Assembly: GCA_050011355.1 (NCBI GenBank)
Contig: JBEKJG010000007.1
Span: 30,756 to 94,755 of the forward strand
Length of the DNA: 64,000 bases
Direction: 5' to 3'
DNA from: Thermoplasmata archaeon
GTDB taxonomy: Archaea > Thermoplasmatota > Thermoplasmata > Lutacidiplasmatales > UBA184
Part shown: in pieces, positions 45,264-55,090 of the stretch
How the letters are laid out: each line of letters starts with the position of its first letter
Position numbering within the stretch: the stretch's first letter is position 1
The notes under the pieces: model-generated
Told to the model about the DNA's origin: nothing
The model's input: only the letters and a program-made list of their open reading frames with translations
Databases searched by the model: none
Translations under genes and position numbers: made by a program

Positions 45264-46846
45264 GCAGGGACGACGGTGAACGTCGTGCTGGCGACCCCAC
45301 TCCCCGACGGGGCGCAGAGCTCGCTCGCCGTCACCTGCACCTGGACCGCGAGCGCGGTCTCGGAGTTCGCGAAGTCCAGCACGAGCGCCGCGGAGTTGAC
45401 CGCTCCGACTCCCCCCACCGACACGTAGTCGTTGTCGGGGAGCGAGGCGGTCGCTCCCTGGAGCGCGACGGTCGCCCCGTCGGGCAGGTGGAACACCCAC
45501 TCGGCACCGGCGGCCCACAGGGCCAGCGCCGCCGGAGGAAGGTAGGTGGTGGTATTGTTCTGACGTATCGAGACGTTGACGACCGAGGCCGTGAGGACGA
45601 ACCCGTGGGAGACCGGGTCGCCGTTCACGACCGTGTAGTTGAGGCTCGCGTTCACCGGGACCGACGGGGTGGACGGATGGTAGCCCACGATCCCCTGGTC
45701 GACCGAGACGGTGTAGCTGGGAGTGTAGAGGGGTTGGATGACGAACCCGGTGACCAGCACGGCGACGACCAGCGCTCCGACCACGAATCGCCGACGGTCG
45801 AGCGGGGAGACGTCGTTGAGGGGAGGGGGATGCCGGGCGCCGAGCAATAGGATGAGGATCCCGAAGAACAGCCAGCCCGTGTAGAACAGCCCCAGGCCGA
45901 AGAGCAGGGCCACCGTCGCGTAGCTGACGTAGCGGATCCGGTCCCCGAAGAGGGCCCGGAACACGTGGCCCCCGTCCAGTTGCCCTGCGGGCAGGAGGTT
46001 GATCGAGGTGACGAAGATCCCGACCCAACCGGCGAGCGCCAGCGGGTGCAACGTCAGGATCGAGTGCGGGAAGAAGAGCGAGAGGAAGTCCCAGAACAGG
46101 GACGGCCCGATGACGAGGCTTCCGTAGCTCACCCCGAAGATCGTCGGTCCGCAGTAGGTCGGCGGCAGCGCGGCCGTGTGCGCGGAGAGGTAGAGTCCCG
46201 CGAGCGCGATCGGGATGGAGGCCGCGAACCCGGCGAGCGGACCGGCCGCGCCGATGTCGAAGAGCGCCTTCTTGTCCGGGAACGGCTCGCGGATGCTGAT
46301 GAACGCCCCGAACGTGCCGAAGAGGAACGGCGGGGGGAGCGGGATGAAGTACGGAAGCGACGCGTCGATCTTCCTCCGACGGGCCATGAAGTAGTGCGCG
46401 AGCTCGTGGAGGCCGAGGATCGTAAGGACCGGGATGGAGAAGTAGACCGCCCCGTAGAGGAAATCGGTCCCCGAGAGGTTCTGGCCCCCGACGTAGGTGA
46501 GCCAGATGAGCGCGCCCGCGAGGGTCGTGGTGGCGACCGTCGCTGCCAGGAGCGCGATGTTCACCCAGTCGCGCCGATTGCGCTGCCGGGGACGCGGGAC
46601 GACCTCGAGGAAGTCCTCGCCCTGCTGGCGACGAAGGATCGGGATGTACCCCGCGGCCCACAGGTCGCGGCGCAGCTGGTCGAACCGGCGTTCGAGCGTC
46701 GCCGTGTCGACCTGGACGGCGAGCAGGAGGGACTGCGGACCGACGCGCGTGTCGTAGACCGGGAACTGGGCCGAGACGATCCGTCGTATCTTGTCGAGCT
46801 CGGAGTTGCCGCCGGACGGGATCGGTCCCGGCGGCGAGGACCGCAC
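45260..46846 (-). CDS. site-2 protease (M50 family)
   Basis: HELAH, PYFIP, GTFGA, AGPLAG, NLLPAGQLDGGH. Confidence 0.92.
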   Translation of the reverse strand: MRSSPPGPIPSGGNSELDKIRRIVSAQFPVYDTRVGPQSLLLAVQVDTATLERRFDQLRRDLWAAGYIPILRRQQGEDFLEVVPRPRQRNRRDWVNIALLAATVATTTLAGALIWLTYVGGQNLSGTDFLYGAVYFSIPVLTILGLHELAHYFMARRRKIDASLPYFIPLPPPFLFGTFGAFISIREPFPDKKALFDIGAAGPLAGFAASIPIALAGLYLSAHTAALPPTYCGPTIFGVSYGSLVIGPSLFWDFLSLFFPHSILTLHPLALAGWVGIFVTSINLLPAGQLDGGHVFRALFGDRIRYVSYATVALLFGLGLFYTGWLFFGILILLLGARHPPPLNDVSPLDRRRFVVGALVVAVLVTGFVIQPLYTPSYTVSVDQGIVGYHPSTPSVPVNASLNYTVVNGDPVSHGFVLTASVVNVSIRQNNTTTYLPPAALALWAAGAEWVFHLPDGATVALQGATASLPDNDYVSVGGVGAVNSAALVLDFANSETALAVQVQVTASELCAPSGSGVASTTFTVVPA

Positions 46847-46850
46847 GGGC

Positions 46851-47177
46851 CTACTCCCCCGGCGCGGGGGATGTGGCCGACTTGCGGAGCCGCTTGGCCC
46901 GTTCCTTGGAGGAGTACCCGGTCGTCTCCTCGAGGAATCGGTTGTACCGCGCGATCGTCTCGCGCGCGACCTCCTCGGTGACCTTCGGGTTCATCGTCAC
47001 GTCCACCAGCAGTTCGCGGCCCTCCGCGCGCGCGATCAGCCGGGAGATCGCGCCCCAGCTCGCGGTGCGCTCGGTCCCGACCACCTCGACCGTCTCGAAA
47101 TGGGTCCGGAGGATCCGTTCGAGGGCGTCGGGGGTCAGGTTCGCGCGATGGTCCGTACGCACCGGGTACTTCTGCAC
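46851..47177 (-). CDS. DUF5611-family archaeal protein
   Basis: MQKYPV...SWGAI...YNRFLEETTGYSSKERAK; TTTTAT box ~26 nt upstream. Confidence 0.75.
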   Translation of the reverse strand: MQKYPVRTDHRANLTPDALERILRTHFETVEVVGTERTASWGAISRLIARAEGRELLVDVTMNPKVTEEVARETIARYNRFLEETTGYSSKERAKRLRKSATSPAPGE

Positions 47178-47239
47178 GGCGACGCGTCAAAAAGGGCGCT
47201 CGATAAAAGGGTTCCCGGACCCTCGGCGGAGGGCCGGCG

Positions 47240-47896
47240 CTATTCGGTGCGCGGAGGGTGGTGCGAGGGGTCGACGGTCTGCAACCAGATGCGGCCCGGA
47301 CCCTCGACATGGAGGGCTTCGAAGCTCATGGCGTGGCCCATGAGTCCGCTCCCCATCGGCTGGTTGTACGCCCGCACGTTCACGCTGGCGTCCTTGAACA
47401 GGAGCGCGCCGTGGTCGACGTCCATCGTCTCCCCCGGTTTCAGCACGAAGGTGATGATGTTCCCGTGCCCCTGGAAGACGATCGTGCCCGGTCCAGTGAG
47501 GCGGTCCATCCAGAACCCGATCAGCCGGCCGACCCGACCGGTGCCGGGGACGTAGAAGGTGTTGTACCCGACCGTCTGGGTCGCGAGTAACATCGAGTGT
47601 TCGGCGACGTCGACCGTCTCGCCCGCGGCGAGGTCGAGGCGGCGGACCTCGCCGGGCCGGTAGCGGCTGAACGCCACATACCCCGGTCCGAGGAACTCGT
47701 GGAGATGGAACGGAACCCCCCCGAGGATGGTCCGCTTCATCACGGACCCCATCCCTCCCTGGGTGAACCACCGGAACTGGAACCCGACCGACGGGTCGGA
47801 GTAGACCATCAGGCCCCCCTCGCAAAAGATCTGCTCGCCGGCCCCGAGCGAGACGAGGGCGATCGGAATGAACTCCCCTTGGATCTGAACGTCCAT
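47240..47896 (-). CDS. AIM24 (DUF124) family protein 3
   Basis: L..GE.IFCEGG.M; EF.GPG.VAF; L.GPG....QGHG; VDHG; EGPGRIWLQT. Confidence 0.85.
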   Translation of the reverse strand: MDVQIQGEFIPIALVSLGAGEQIFCEGGLMVYSDPSVGFQFRWFTQGGMGSVMKRTILGGVPFHLHEFLGPGYVAFSRYRPGEVRRLDLAAGETVDVAEHSMLLATQTVGYNTFYVPGTGRVGRLIGFWMDRLTGPGTIVFQGHGNIITFVLKPGETMDVDHGALLFKDASVNVRAYNQPMGSGLMGHAMSFEALHVEGPGRIWLQTVDPSHHPPRTE

Positions 47897-47904
47897 CGTC
47901 CCTC

Positions 47905-48564
47905 CTAGAGCCCGCTGTGCACCAGGACCTGCCCGGGACCCGTCAGGTGGAGCACCGGGACCTGGTAGTTGCCGCGACCGAGCTGGGCGGAGAACTGCCA
48001 CTGGAGCTGGACCTGGACGGACGTTTGGGCCGCGAGGAATCCCTCGGTGCTGGTGCGGATCGTTTCGCCGGGCTGCAGGGTGAAGGAGAGGACGTTCCCG
48101 TACGCCTGGAAGACGATCGTCCCCGGGCCGGACAGCGAGTCCCCGAACAGGTATCGGTTCTGGGCCTGGCCGTTCGTGTCGAACACCTGCCACTGGGCGA
48201 CCACGACCGGCTGGTAGCGGACCGACTCGTCGAAGCAGATGAGGTGCCCTTCGCGGAGGTGCCAGTTCTGCCCGGCGGCCAGTGGGACGACCCGGACCTC
48301 GCCGCCTTTGTCCCTCGAGAACGAGACGTGTCCCGGACCCTCGAACTCGGCGAAGAAGAAGTTCTCGTCCGCGTCCCCGCGGTTGTGCATCGCGAGGTAG
48401 GTTCCCATGCTCACGCCGAGCTGGCGCATCGTGCGTCGGCCGACCTTGACGCTCGGCTCCTTGAACAGCATGAGGCCGTGCGCGGCGAGGATCTTCTCGC
48501 CCGGTCGGAGCGTGGCCAGGACCGCGGGCGTAATGCCACCGACCGAATCCGCCTGCATCCGCAC
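47905..48564 (-). CDS. AIM24 family protein 2
   Basis: L.PGE.I.A..G.M; AEFEGPG.VSF; L.GPG...FQAYG; LTGPGQVLVHS. Confidence 0.82.
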   Translation of the reverse strand: MRMQADSVGGITPAVLATLRPGEKILAAHGLMLFKEPSVKVGRRTMRQLGVSMGTYLAMHNRGDADENFFFAEFEGPGHVSFSRDKGGEVRVVPLAAGQNWHLREGHLICFDESVRYQPVVVAQWQVFDTNGQAQNRYLFGDSLSGPGTIVFQAYGNVLSFTLQPGETIRTSTEGFLAAQTSVQVQLQWQFSAQLGRGNYQVPVLHLTGPGQVLVHSGL

Positions 48565-48570
48565 CTCCCG

Positions 48571-48759
48571 CTAGGCGACGCTCTTGCCGTCCACGGCGAG
48601 GGCGAACGCGCTGCCGCAGTAGCCGCACTTCGCGTAGCCGTTCTGGATGTTCGTGGTCTCGATCTTCGCGCCGCAGCTCTTGCAGCTGATCGCCTCCAGG
48701 CTCGCGCGGCTGATCGTGACCTCGGTCCGCTTCTTGATGAACTCCTCGGGGATCGGCAC
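48571..48759 (-). CDS. zinc-ribbon small protein
   Basis: CKSCGA...KCGYCGS; GAGGTG SD; sits inside the AIM24 operon. Confidence 0.8.
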   Translation of the reverse strand: MPIPEEFIKKRTEVTISRASLEAISCKSCGAKIETTNIQNGYAKCGYCGSAFALAVDGKSVA

Positions 48760-48768
48760 GATTCCACC

Positions 48769-49416
48769 TCAGTAGTGCGGCTCCTTCGGGTCGATGCTCT
48801 GCAGGGCGATCTTTCCGGGGCCGACGAGCTCGAGGACCTCGAACGATTCGAGCTTCCCGAGGAGCCCCCCGCCGAACGGTTGATTGAACGCGGAGGCGTT
48901 GACGCTCCCGGTCTTGTAGAGGAGGGCGCCGAAATCGGCGGTGATCTTCTCGCCCGCATCCAGCCCCATCGAGATCACATTCCCGTGGGCGTGGAGCGCG
49001 ACCTTCCCCGGGCCCCGGAGACGGTCCATCCAAAATCCGACCATCCGACCGGGACGGTGCGTGCCCTTGACGTAGACCATGTCGTACGCGATCCGGGCGT
49101 CCGCGCAGAGGAGCGAGCCCTCGGCCACGTCGATCTCCTCTCCCGGGGCGAGGTCCATGATCCGGATCTCCCCGACCCCGTCACGGGAGAACGCCACCGA
49201 GCCCGGCCCGGTGAACTCCGTGAGGAAGAACGGGATCCCCCCGAACGTCGTCCGTTCCATGGTCTTCAAGAGGCCCCCGCCCGAGACCGTCTTCCGCCCG
49301 ACGGTGACGGGCGTGTCCTTGTAGAGCATGATGCCGTTCTCGCAATAGACCGATTCTCCCGGCCCCAGCGTAGCGAGCAGGGCGGGCACCAGCCCCGCGA
49401 CGGTCTCGAGTTCCAC
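48769..49416 (-). CDS. AIM24 family protein 1
   Basis: LGPGESVYCENG.M; EFTGPG.VAF; LRGPG.V.LHAHG; GPGKIALQS. Confidence 0.85.
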   Translation of the reverse strand: MELETVAGLVPALLATLGPGESVYCENGIMLYKDTPVTVGRKTVSGGGLLKTMERTTFGGIPFFLTEFTGPGSVAFSRDGVGEIRIMDLAPGEEIDVAEGSLLCADARIAYDMVYVKGTHRPGRMVGFWMDRLRGPGKVALHAHGNVISMGLDAGEKITADFGALLYKTGSVNASAFNQPFGGGLLGKLESFEVLELVGPGKIALQSIDPKEPHY

Positions 49417-49488
49417 GATGCCCTCTCGAGGGGACGAGCGACCTGGGGGGTTATGTTGGTTTGGGTGGCGAACGGAACGGGCCGACGA

Positions 49489-49710
49489 TCAGACCGTCTC
49501 GATCTCGTAGAGGACCCGGTATCCGCGGAGGCGGCGGGTCACCTCGTCCGAGAGGTCGAGGACCTGCTCGTGGGAAGCGCGTCCCTGCCAATCGTAGACG
49601 AAATCGTAGTTGCCCTGCGTCGGGACGAACCCGATCGAGCGGAGCCGTCCGGCGATGTCCGACGGGCTCGCGCCTTCGCTATCGAAGGTGACCCGGAGGT
49701 ACGTTTCCAT
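49489..49710 (-). CDS. small conserved hypothetical protein
   Basis: TYLRVTFDSEGASPS.I...L..IGF....GNYDFVYDW; core-like codon usage. Confidence 0.75.
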   Translation of the reverse strand: METYLRVTFDSEGASPSDIAGRLRSIGFVPTQGNYDFVYDWQGRASHEQVLDLSDEVTRRLRGYRVLYEIETV

Positions 49711-49734
49711 CGGCTCGGGAAGGCGGAGATGGGT

Positions 49735-50550
49735 CTAAAACGATTCCCTCGGACCGGGTCCGGAAGACGGGCGCAGGAGGGAGCGGAGGCCGCGGGCGAG
49801 GTCGGAGGGCCGCGAACCCCGGACGCGGACCGGGAGGAGCGTGACCCCCGCCGTTCGCTCGACGACCTCCCAGCCTCCGGCCCTCCGACGGCGGATCCCG
49901 AGTGTGAGTTCTTCGGGAGCGTCGGGAGACTCCGTACTGCGGTGGGTCCGGGACGGCCGAGACGACCCCGACCGGTCCGGAACGGGGACGACAACGGCCC
50001 CGGGGAACGCGGAGCGGATCGCGCGGGCCGCGGTCGGACGGTCGCGGGGGTCGGAGACCCAGAGCCCCACCCGGATTCGGGAGCGGCGTCGACCGTCCCG
50101 GTCGATCGTCCCCGCGCGGATGCGTCGGGAGGCGACCGGTCGCAGGTCGTCCGCGAGCGCGAGAGGGACTACTACCAGGCGGGCCGGGGGGAGTCCGCGC
50201 CGACCGCGTTCCGCGTTGACCGCCCGGCCGCCCGCGACCGTGTCGGCCGAGACGACCAGCACCGCCACCCCCGGGGCGACGGACCCTCCGAACCGGTCGT
50301 CGATGGGCACGACCGTCCACGGCTCCTTCGGATGGTTCGCCCGCAGCCAGGAGACGAGGCGTCGTCGCCGGGTGGCGTACGATTGGAGCACGCCCCGGCC
50401 GGGCTTGGGGTGATCGGACAGGTAGCGCTCCGAGGTGAGCCCGATCGCCACCGGTCGCCCCGTGCGGAACGCGGTTTCGAGCAGACTCTCGTGGCCGATG
50501 TGCAGGTGGTCGAACGTTCCGCCGAGGACGGTCCGACCTGCCCGCGGCAC
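49735..50550 (-). CDS. coaD: phosphopantetheine adenylyltransferase with degenerate YjjX-like C-terminal domain
   Basis: GGTFDHLHIGH, IGLTS, LVVS.DT, N..R...GL, SRRIR.G.ID. Confidence 0.88.
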   Translation of the reverse strand: MPRAGRTVLGGTFDHLHIGHESLLETAFRTGRPVAIGLTSERYLSDHPKPGRGVLQSYATRRRRLVSWLRANHPKEPWTVVPIDDRFGGSVAPGVAVLVVSADTVAGGRAVNAERGRRGLPPARLVVVPLALADDLRPVASRRIRAGTIDRDGRRRSRIRVGLWVSDPRDRPTAARAIRSAFPGAVVVPVPDRSGSSRPSRTHRSTESPDAPEELTLGIRRRRAGGWEVVERTAGVTLLPVRVRGSRPSDLARGLRSLLRPSSGPGPRESF

Positions 50551-50562
50551 AGGATCACCGAA

Positions 50563-50751
50563 CTAGAGGTAGACCGAGAGGAACACGATCGCGACCAGGG
50601 CGATCGTCCCGTAGAGGAGGTACGTGTAGATCCTCCGCTGGCGGACCATCTCCTCGCGCTTGAGCCGGCACGCCTTGGAGCAGGTCTCGTCCTCGGGAGC
50701 GCAGACGCGCCCGCAGACCTTGCAGTGCCGATGGTCCTCGTCGCTGCTCAC
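50563..50751 (-). CDS. DUF2116 Zn-ribbon membrane protein
   Basis: HRHCKVCG.......CS..C plus C-terminal TM. Confidence 0.85.
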   Translation of the reverse strand: MSSDEDHRHCKVCGRVCAPEDETCSKACRLKREEMVRQRRIYTYLLYGTIALVAIVFLSVYL

Positions 50752-50777
50752 GACCCGCTACGAGGTCGGAGTGGGCC

Positions 50778-53700
50778 TTAGCTTTGGCTCCCGCTCGAGC
50801 GACCGGTGCGGGGCGGGGGCCGGCGGGGCGGCGCCCGTTCCTCGGGCGCCGTGTGCGGGTCGAGGGGGTTGGCCGGGTCGTCGTCGAACGAGGCGAACGG
50901 GGTCTCGCGGGCCCGCGGTCGGCCGAGATCGTCGTCGCCGGTCGGGTCGGTGGCGAGCGCACGGCGGGCCGCGCGACGGGCGTTCCGTTGCCGGAGGTCC
51001 TCTTCCGAGGGAACGTATCCGGAACCCGCTTCGGAGATCTGACGGACGAGGTTGAGCCAGATCTTCCCCTGGCTCGTAACGGTCGACTCGAGCCGGTCGC
51101 GGAGTTCCGCGGCCTCGTCGTGGAGCTCGGTTTCGATGCGGCGCAGTTCCCGACCGAGGTCGCGACGGAGCTCGGCGTACCGGGCGTCGGTGGCCCCCGT
51201 GGCGACCGTCTTCTCGAGCTCCTCGATGCGGACCCACGTCTTGCGGACGAGGGGGAGCATACGGTCGGACATCACCTGGATGCGGCGGTCGAGGTCCTCG
51301 ACATCGTGACGGACCTTTTCCTCGGTCTTGGACAGTTCCGACTCCCGGGCCCGGATCTGGTTCTCGATCCCTTCGAGGCGAGTGATGGACGAGCCGTGGT
51401 CGTTCCGGAGGCGGGTCTCGACCTCGGAAAGTGCCCGGGCCTGCTCGGCCTTCGATTCGGCGAGGAGGCGGGTCTGCTCGGTCCGGACCTCGAGGAGCGC
51501 CCGAGCCACGCGTTCGCGGACGGCCGCATCAAAGCGGGTGGAGTCGATCGTCCGGGCGAGCGCCTCGTCGACCTCGGCCTTCAGGCGGGCGAGGAGCTCG
51601 ACGTACTTGCCGCGCTCCCGATCCTGGTCCTCCCGGATCTTCTGGTCGAGGTAGGACTGCATCCGGACCTGGAGCCCGGCGAGCGACTTGGTGTGGGTCT
51701 CCCCGATCTCGGAGAGCCGAGCCTCCCGGTCGATCTCGAGCCGCTTCGCGCTCTGGGCGAGGCGGTCCTCGAGCAGCGCGCGGGTGGTATTCAGCTGGGC
51801 CGTGACACGGCCCTCGGTGTCCTTCGCCCGCCCCTCGATCGAGACCGTCAGGCGCTGCTCGAGCTCGCGGGTGCGGGCGTCCACGAGCCCTCCGACGCGG
51901 GCCTCGACGTCCTTCGAGCGTACGTCGGACTGGATCCCGGCGCGGAGTTCCACGTCCTTGGACCGTCCATCGACCATCTGGGCCAACCGCTGCTCCAGGT
52001 CCTTGGAACGCCCGTCCAGCAGGAGCCCCATCCGCTGCTCGAGGTCGCGCACTTCCTTCGTGCGCCGGGTCTCGAGGTCGGCGAACCGGTTGTCGACCAG
52101 GGTTCGCACCCGGGTCTCGATCTGCTCCCGCAGCGCGGAGTTCTGTTCCTTCGCCTCCGACACCTCGAGCTCGAGTTGGGCCACCAGGGCCGCGCGGAGC
52201 TCTTCCTCCGTATGGGCGGAGCGGGCGGTAAGCTCCTCGGCCCACTGCTTCAGCTCTTGCCGGAGCGCGGAGGCCCAGACCTCGCCGGCGGATTTCACCG
52301 TCTGCTGGATCTTGTCGGAGAGTTCGGCGAATCGGGGGTCGGGGTTCGTCCGAAGCCGGCGCTCGACCTCTCCGGCGACCAGGTCCGTGGACGGGGCCCC
52401 CGGGCGGGCCTCCAGGGTGTCGAGGCGGCGTGCGAGGTCGCTCTGGACCTGGTAGAGCGCCCGGGTGCCGGTCTCGTTCGCCTCGGTGAGGCGGGCGTCG
52501 ATCGACGCACGCACCTTGACCTCGTTCTCGCGCACGGCGGTCGAGATCCGGTCCTGGATCGCGGCCTCGCTCACGGACGGGGCGACCGGGGGCTCGGGAG
52601 CCGGTGAAGAGGAAGGGAGGGAGGTGGGAACGGACGGTAGGGCATCCGTGGCCACCGGAGTCGCCGGGGGGAAGAGGGACGGGTCGGTCTGGATCGATAC
52701 GGGCACGGTCATCGGGCTCGAGCCGGGCACCGTCACGTCGGTCGGTCGCTGGAGCCAGGGCGGGAGCTGGGTCGCGGTCACGCTGGATTCGGGGAGTGGG
52801 GCGGCCGCCGCGCTCGAGCCGGGCGATTCGCCCTCGATCCGGGCCTTCACGTACTCGCTCGCCCGCCGGCCGGTCTCCCCGCTCAGGGCGACCGTCCGAC
52901 CCCGCGGGCGGGAGATCATGAGGGCGGCCGTTTCCATGGCCGTGCCGATCCGCCACATCTCCTTGCGGCGGTCGCGGCCGGCCTGGCGGTCGGCATCGTC
53001 CAGGAGCGTGCGGAGTCGGGGACGTTCGACCGCGTCGACCCGCCGGCTGACCTCGCTGAGCTTCTCCTCCGCGTGATCCCGAGCGTACTGGAGGACGAGG
53101 GGGAGGGTGTCCTTGCCACGGCCGGACGCGGCCTTGGTGAGGTCTCGGAGGGAAACGGGGGCGGCCTCCCACCCTTGGATCCGCTTCGCATGGCGGTCCC
53201 CCTGCGATTCACCGCGCGGCACCCGCATCACCGCGAGCGCCAGCGGCAGCTGCTCGGTGAACTGGTGCATGTCGACCTTGGCGACCGGCAGGAAGTAGGG
53301 GAAGACGAGGAAGGCCCCGAGCGCCACGAGCGGGGTGGGCAACGTCCGCACCAGCTCGAGGACGACCTGGTTGACGGTCTCCCACTGCTCCGCCGCGACC
53401 AGTACGACCGGTTCGGTCGACCCCCGGTGGAACAGGAACCCTTCCCCCACGCCCTGGTAGACCGACGCCTCGGGTTCCGCGGAGGGGCGCTCCGTATCGG
53501 TCCGGCCGCCCATGGTCGCATGGGCCCGCAGGGCCACGGCACCGAACTCGCCCGAGGCGATCAGCGCGGCGGTCTCGAAGACGAGGGTCTTCATCCCGAT
53601 CCGCGGCCGGTCCTCGGTCGAGAGGAACATTCGGCCGACGCACGTGTACCGTCCGCCGGCGGCCGGGTAGAGGAACAGGTTCGGATAGTAGGAGAGGGGT

Positions 53701-53912
53701 TGGGACGGGTCGGGGTCCCAGTAGTCGTGCGTGTCGGCGACGTTGACCGTCAGGTTGCCGACGACCCGGATCGCCTCGAGGGTCTCGCGGCGGCCGGGGA
53801 AGTCGTCGGGGATCGTGGTGTAGCCCGGGCTCTCTGCCTCGTTGTCGACCTGGCGGCACCAGACGACGGCGATCGGGGTGTGCGGCGCGCTCCCCGCGCC
53901 GTCCGCCGCCAT
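50778..53912 (-). CDS. GAP1/DENN-like N-terminal domain + Pro-rich linker + very long coiled coil (~1044 aa)
   Basis: Start MAADG overlaps the GTPase stop (TGATG); globular N-domain, PEPP linker, ~550 aa of E/R/L-rich helix with 15-residue repeats. Confidence 0.8.
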   Translation of the reverse strand: MAADGAGSAPHTPIAVVWCRQVDNEAESPGYTTIPDDFPGRRETLEAIRVVGNLTVNVADTHDYWDPDPSQPLSYYPNLFLYPAAGGRYTCVGRMFLSTEDRPRIGMKTLVFETAALIASGEFGAVALRAHATMGGRTDTERPSAEPEASVYQGVGEGFLFHRGSTEPVVLVAAEQWETVNQVVLELVRTLPTPLVALGAFLVFPYFLPVAKVDMHQFTEQLPLALAVMRVPRGESQGDRHAKRIQGWEAAPVSLRDLTKAASGRGKDTLPLVLQYARDHAEEKLSEVSRRVDAVERPRLRTLLDDADRQAGRDRRKEMWRIGTAMETAALMISRPRGRTVALSGETGRRASEYVKARIEGESPGSSAAAAPLPESSVTATQLPPWLQRPTDVTVPGSSPMTVPVSIQTDPSLFPPATPVATDALPSVPTSLPSSSPAPEPPVAPSVSEAAIQDRISTAVRENEVKVRASIDARLTEANETGTRALYQVQSDLARRLDTLEARPGAPSTDLVAGEVERRLRTNPDPRFAELSDKIQQTVKSAGEVWASALRQELKQWAEELTARSAHTEEELRAALVAQLELEVSEAKEQNSALREQIETRVRTLVDNRFADLETRRTKEVRDLEQRMGLLLDGRSKDLEQRLAQMVDGRSKDVELRAGIQSDVRSKDVEARVGGLVDARTRELEQRLTVSIEGRAKDTEGRVTAQLNTTRALLEDRLAQSAKRLEIDREARLSEIGETHTKSLAGLQVRMQSYLDQKIREDQDRERGKYVELLARLKAEVDEALARTIDSTRFDAAVRERVARALLEVRTEQTRLLAESKAEQARALSEVETRLRNDHGSSITRLEGIENQIRARESELSKTEEKVRHDVEDLDRRIQVMSDRMLPLVRKTWVRIEELEKTVATGATDARYAELRRDLGRELRRIETELHDEAAELRDRLESTVTSQGKIWLNLVRQISEAGSGYVPSEEDLRQRNARRAARRALATDPTGDDDLGRPRARETPFASFDDDPANPLDPHTAPEERAPPRRPPPRTGRSSGSQS

Positions 53913-55078
53913 CACGCCCCCTTCGTCGCCCGCCGTTCGAGGATGCGCTCGCACGCCCGAGCGAGGGGCAGGGTCGTGTTGACCATGACCGGGACGCCCA
54001 TGGTCGGGCTGCCGACCGTCGGGGCCTCCTGTCCGCTGTCCCCGACCAACAGTGGGTGGCCCCCGCCGGTGGACACCGCGCTGGAGACCAGGAAAACGTC
54101 CTCCTTGGTCGAGAGTCCCCGACCTTCCTGGGCGACCAGGATTGTTCCCATACCGCCCCCGTCGCGGCGAAGCAGGAAGTCGACGGTGTCGAACGTGCTC
54201 TGGTAGGTCCGCTCCCGGACCGACTGCTCGACCTCGGTGTAGAACTCCTTCAGCTTGTCCGCCTTCGAGATGGCGATGACCAGCGGCAGGTTGCGCGATC
54301 GAACGTACCGGAAGACCCCGCGGGCGAGGTTCACCTGCTGGGCCTGGTCGTGGAGCGACGGGAGGGCGGGCGAGAGGAGCAGGATGATCGCGTCGGCCCC
54401 GGTGACGAATCGCCCGAGCAAGGTCAGGCCGCGGCGCCAGAGATCGCGCCGGTCGGGCCGCCAGGAGTCGAAGTGCGGGATGACGCGGCAGCTCTTCTCG
54501 GACACCTCGGCCGAGTCCGTGTCGATCCAGAGCCGGTCGTAGGTGAAGTAGTCGGCGATGATCCCGCCGGCCTCGTCGATCGTCTGGAGCTCCATCGGCT
54601 TCGAGCCCGCCTCGCCACCGGGGGCCCCGTAGCGGAAGCGCATCTTCATCTCGACGAACTGGTTGAACTTCGTGGGCAGCGGGTACTTGGTGAGGACCCC
54701 CTGGTCCTCGCGACCGGCGGCGAGCTCCACCCAGAGCTTCTTCCGGTCCTCCATCGGGCGGTTGACGTAGAAGCGGCTGGTGGTCTCGAGGCTCCCCTCC
54801 GGGTCCGTCGGGTCGGTCGTCTCGTAGGTGGTCTCCTCGAGCGCCACGTCGTTGTCGAGGTCCCCGTAGATCGGCAGCTGGCCGGCGTCCGCCCGGGCCG
54901 GGACGTAGAGGATCGGAAGGTTGAGTCCGAAGTGGCCGGCGAGGAACCGGAAGTACGTCGTCTTCCCCGAGGCCGGGATCCCCACGACCGCGATCCGCGC
55001 GGAGTCGGGTCCCTTCTTCGTCACACGCTTGGTGCCGGGCGCCCGTCGGGTACGTGTCGTGACCTTGACCTCTCCCAT
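53912..55078 (-). CDS. TRAFAC-class GTPase with long G1-G2 insert
   Basis: G1 GIPASGKTT, G2 YPLPT, G3 IDEAG, ADAIILLL, G4 SKAD, G5 VSSA. Confidence 0.85.
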   Translation of the reverse strand: MGEVKVTTRTRRAPGTKRVTKKGPDSARIAVVGIPASGKTTYFRFLAGHFGLNLPILYVPARADAGQLPIYGDLDNDVALEETTYETTDPTDPEGSLETTSRFYVNRPMEDRKKLWVELAAGREDQGVLTKYPLPTKFNQFVEMKMRFRYGAPGGEAGSKPMELQTIDEAGGIIADYFTYDRLWIDTDSAEVSEKSCRVIPHFDSWRPDRRDLWRRGLTLLGRFVTGADAIILLLSPALPSLHDQAQQVNLARGVFRYVRSRNLPLVIAISKADKLKEFYTEVEQSVRERTYQSTFDTVDFLLRRDGGGMGTILVAQEGRGLSTKEDVFLVSSAVSTGGGHPLLVGDSGQEAPTVGSPTMGVPVMVNTTLPLARACERILERRATKGA

Positions 55079-55090
55079 GATTCGTAACTC

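Noticed and set aside
47917-50781. Long antisense/off-frame ORFs (e.g. 47917..50781 +, 60676..63195 -, 31384..33267 -, 50784..52607 +)
   Set aside because: High-GC shadow ORFs opposite well-supported genes, with no recognisable motifs
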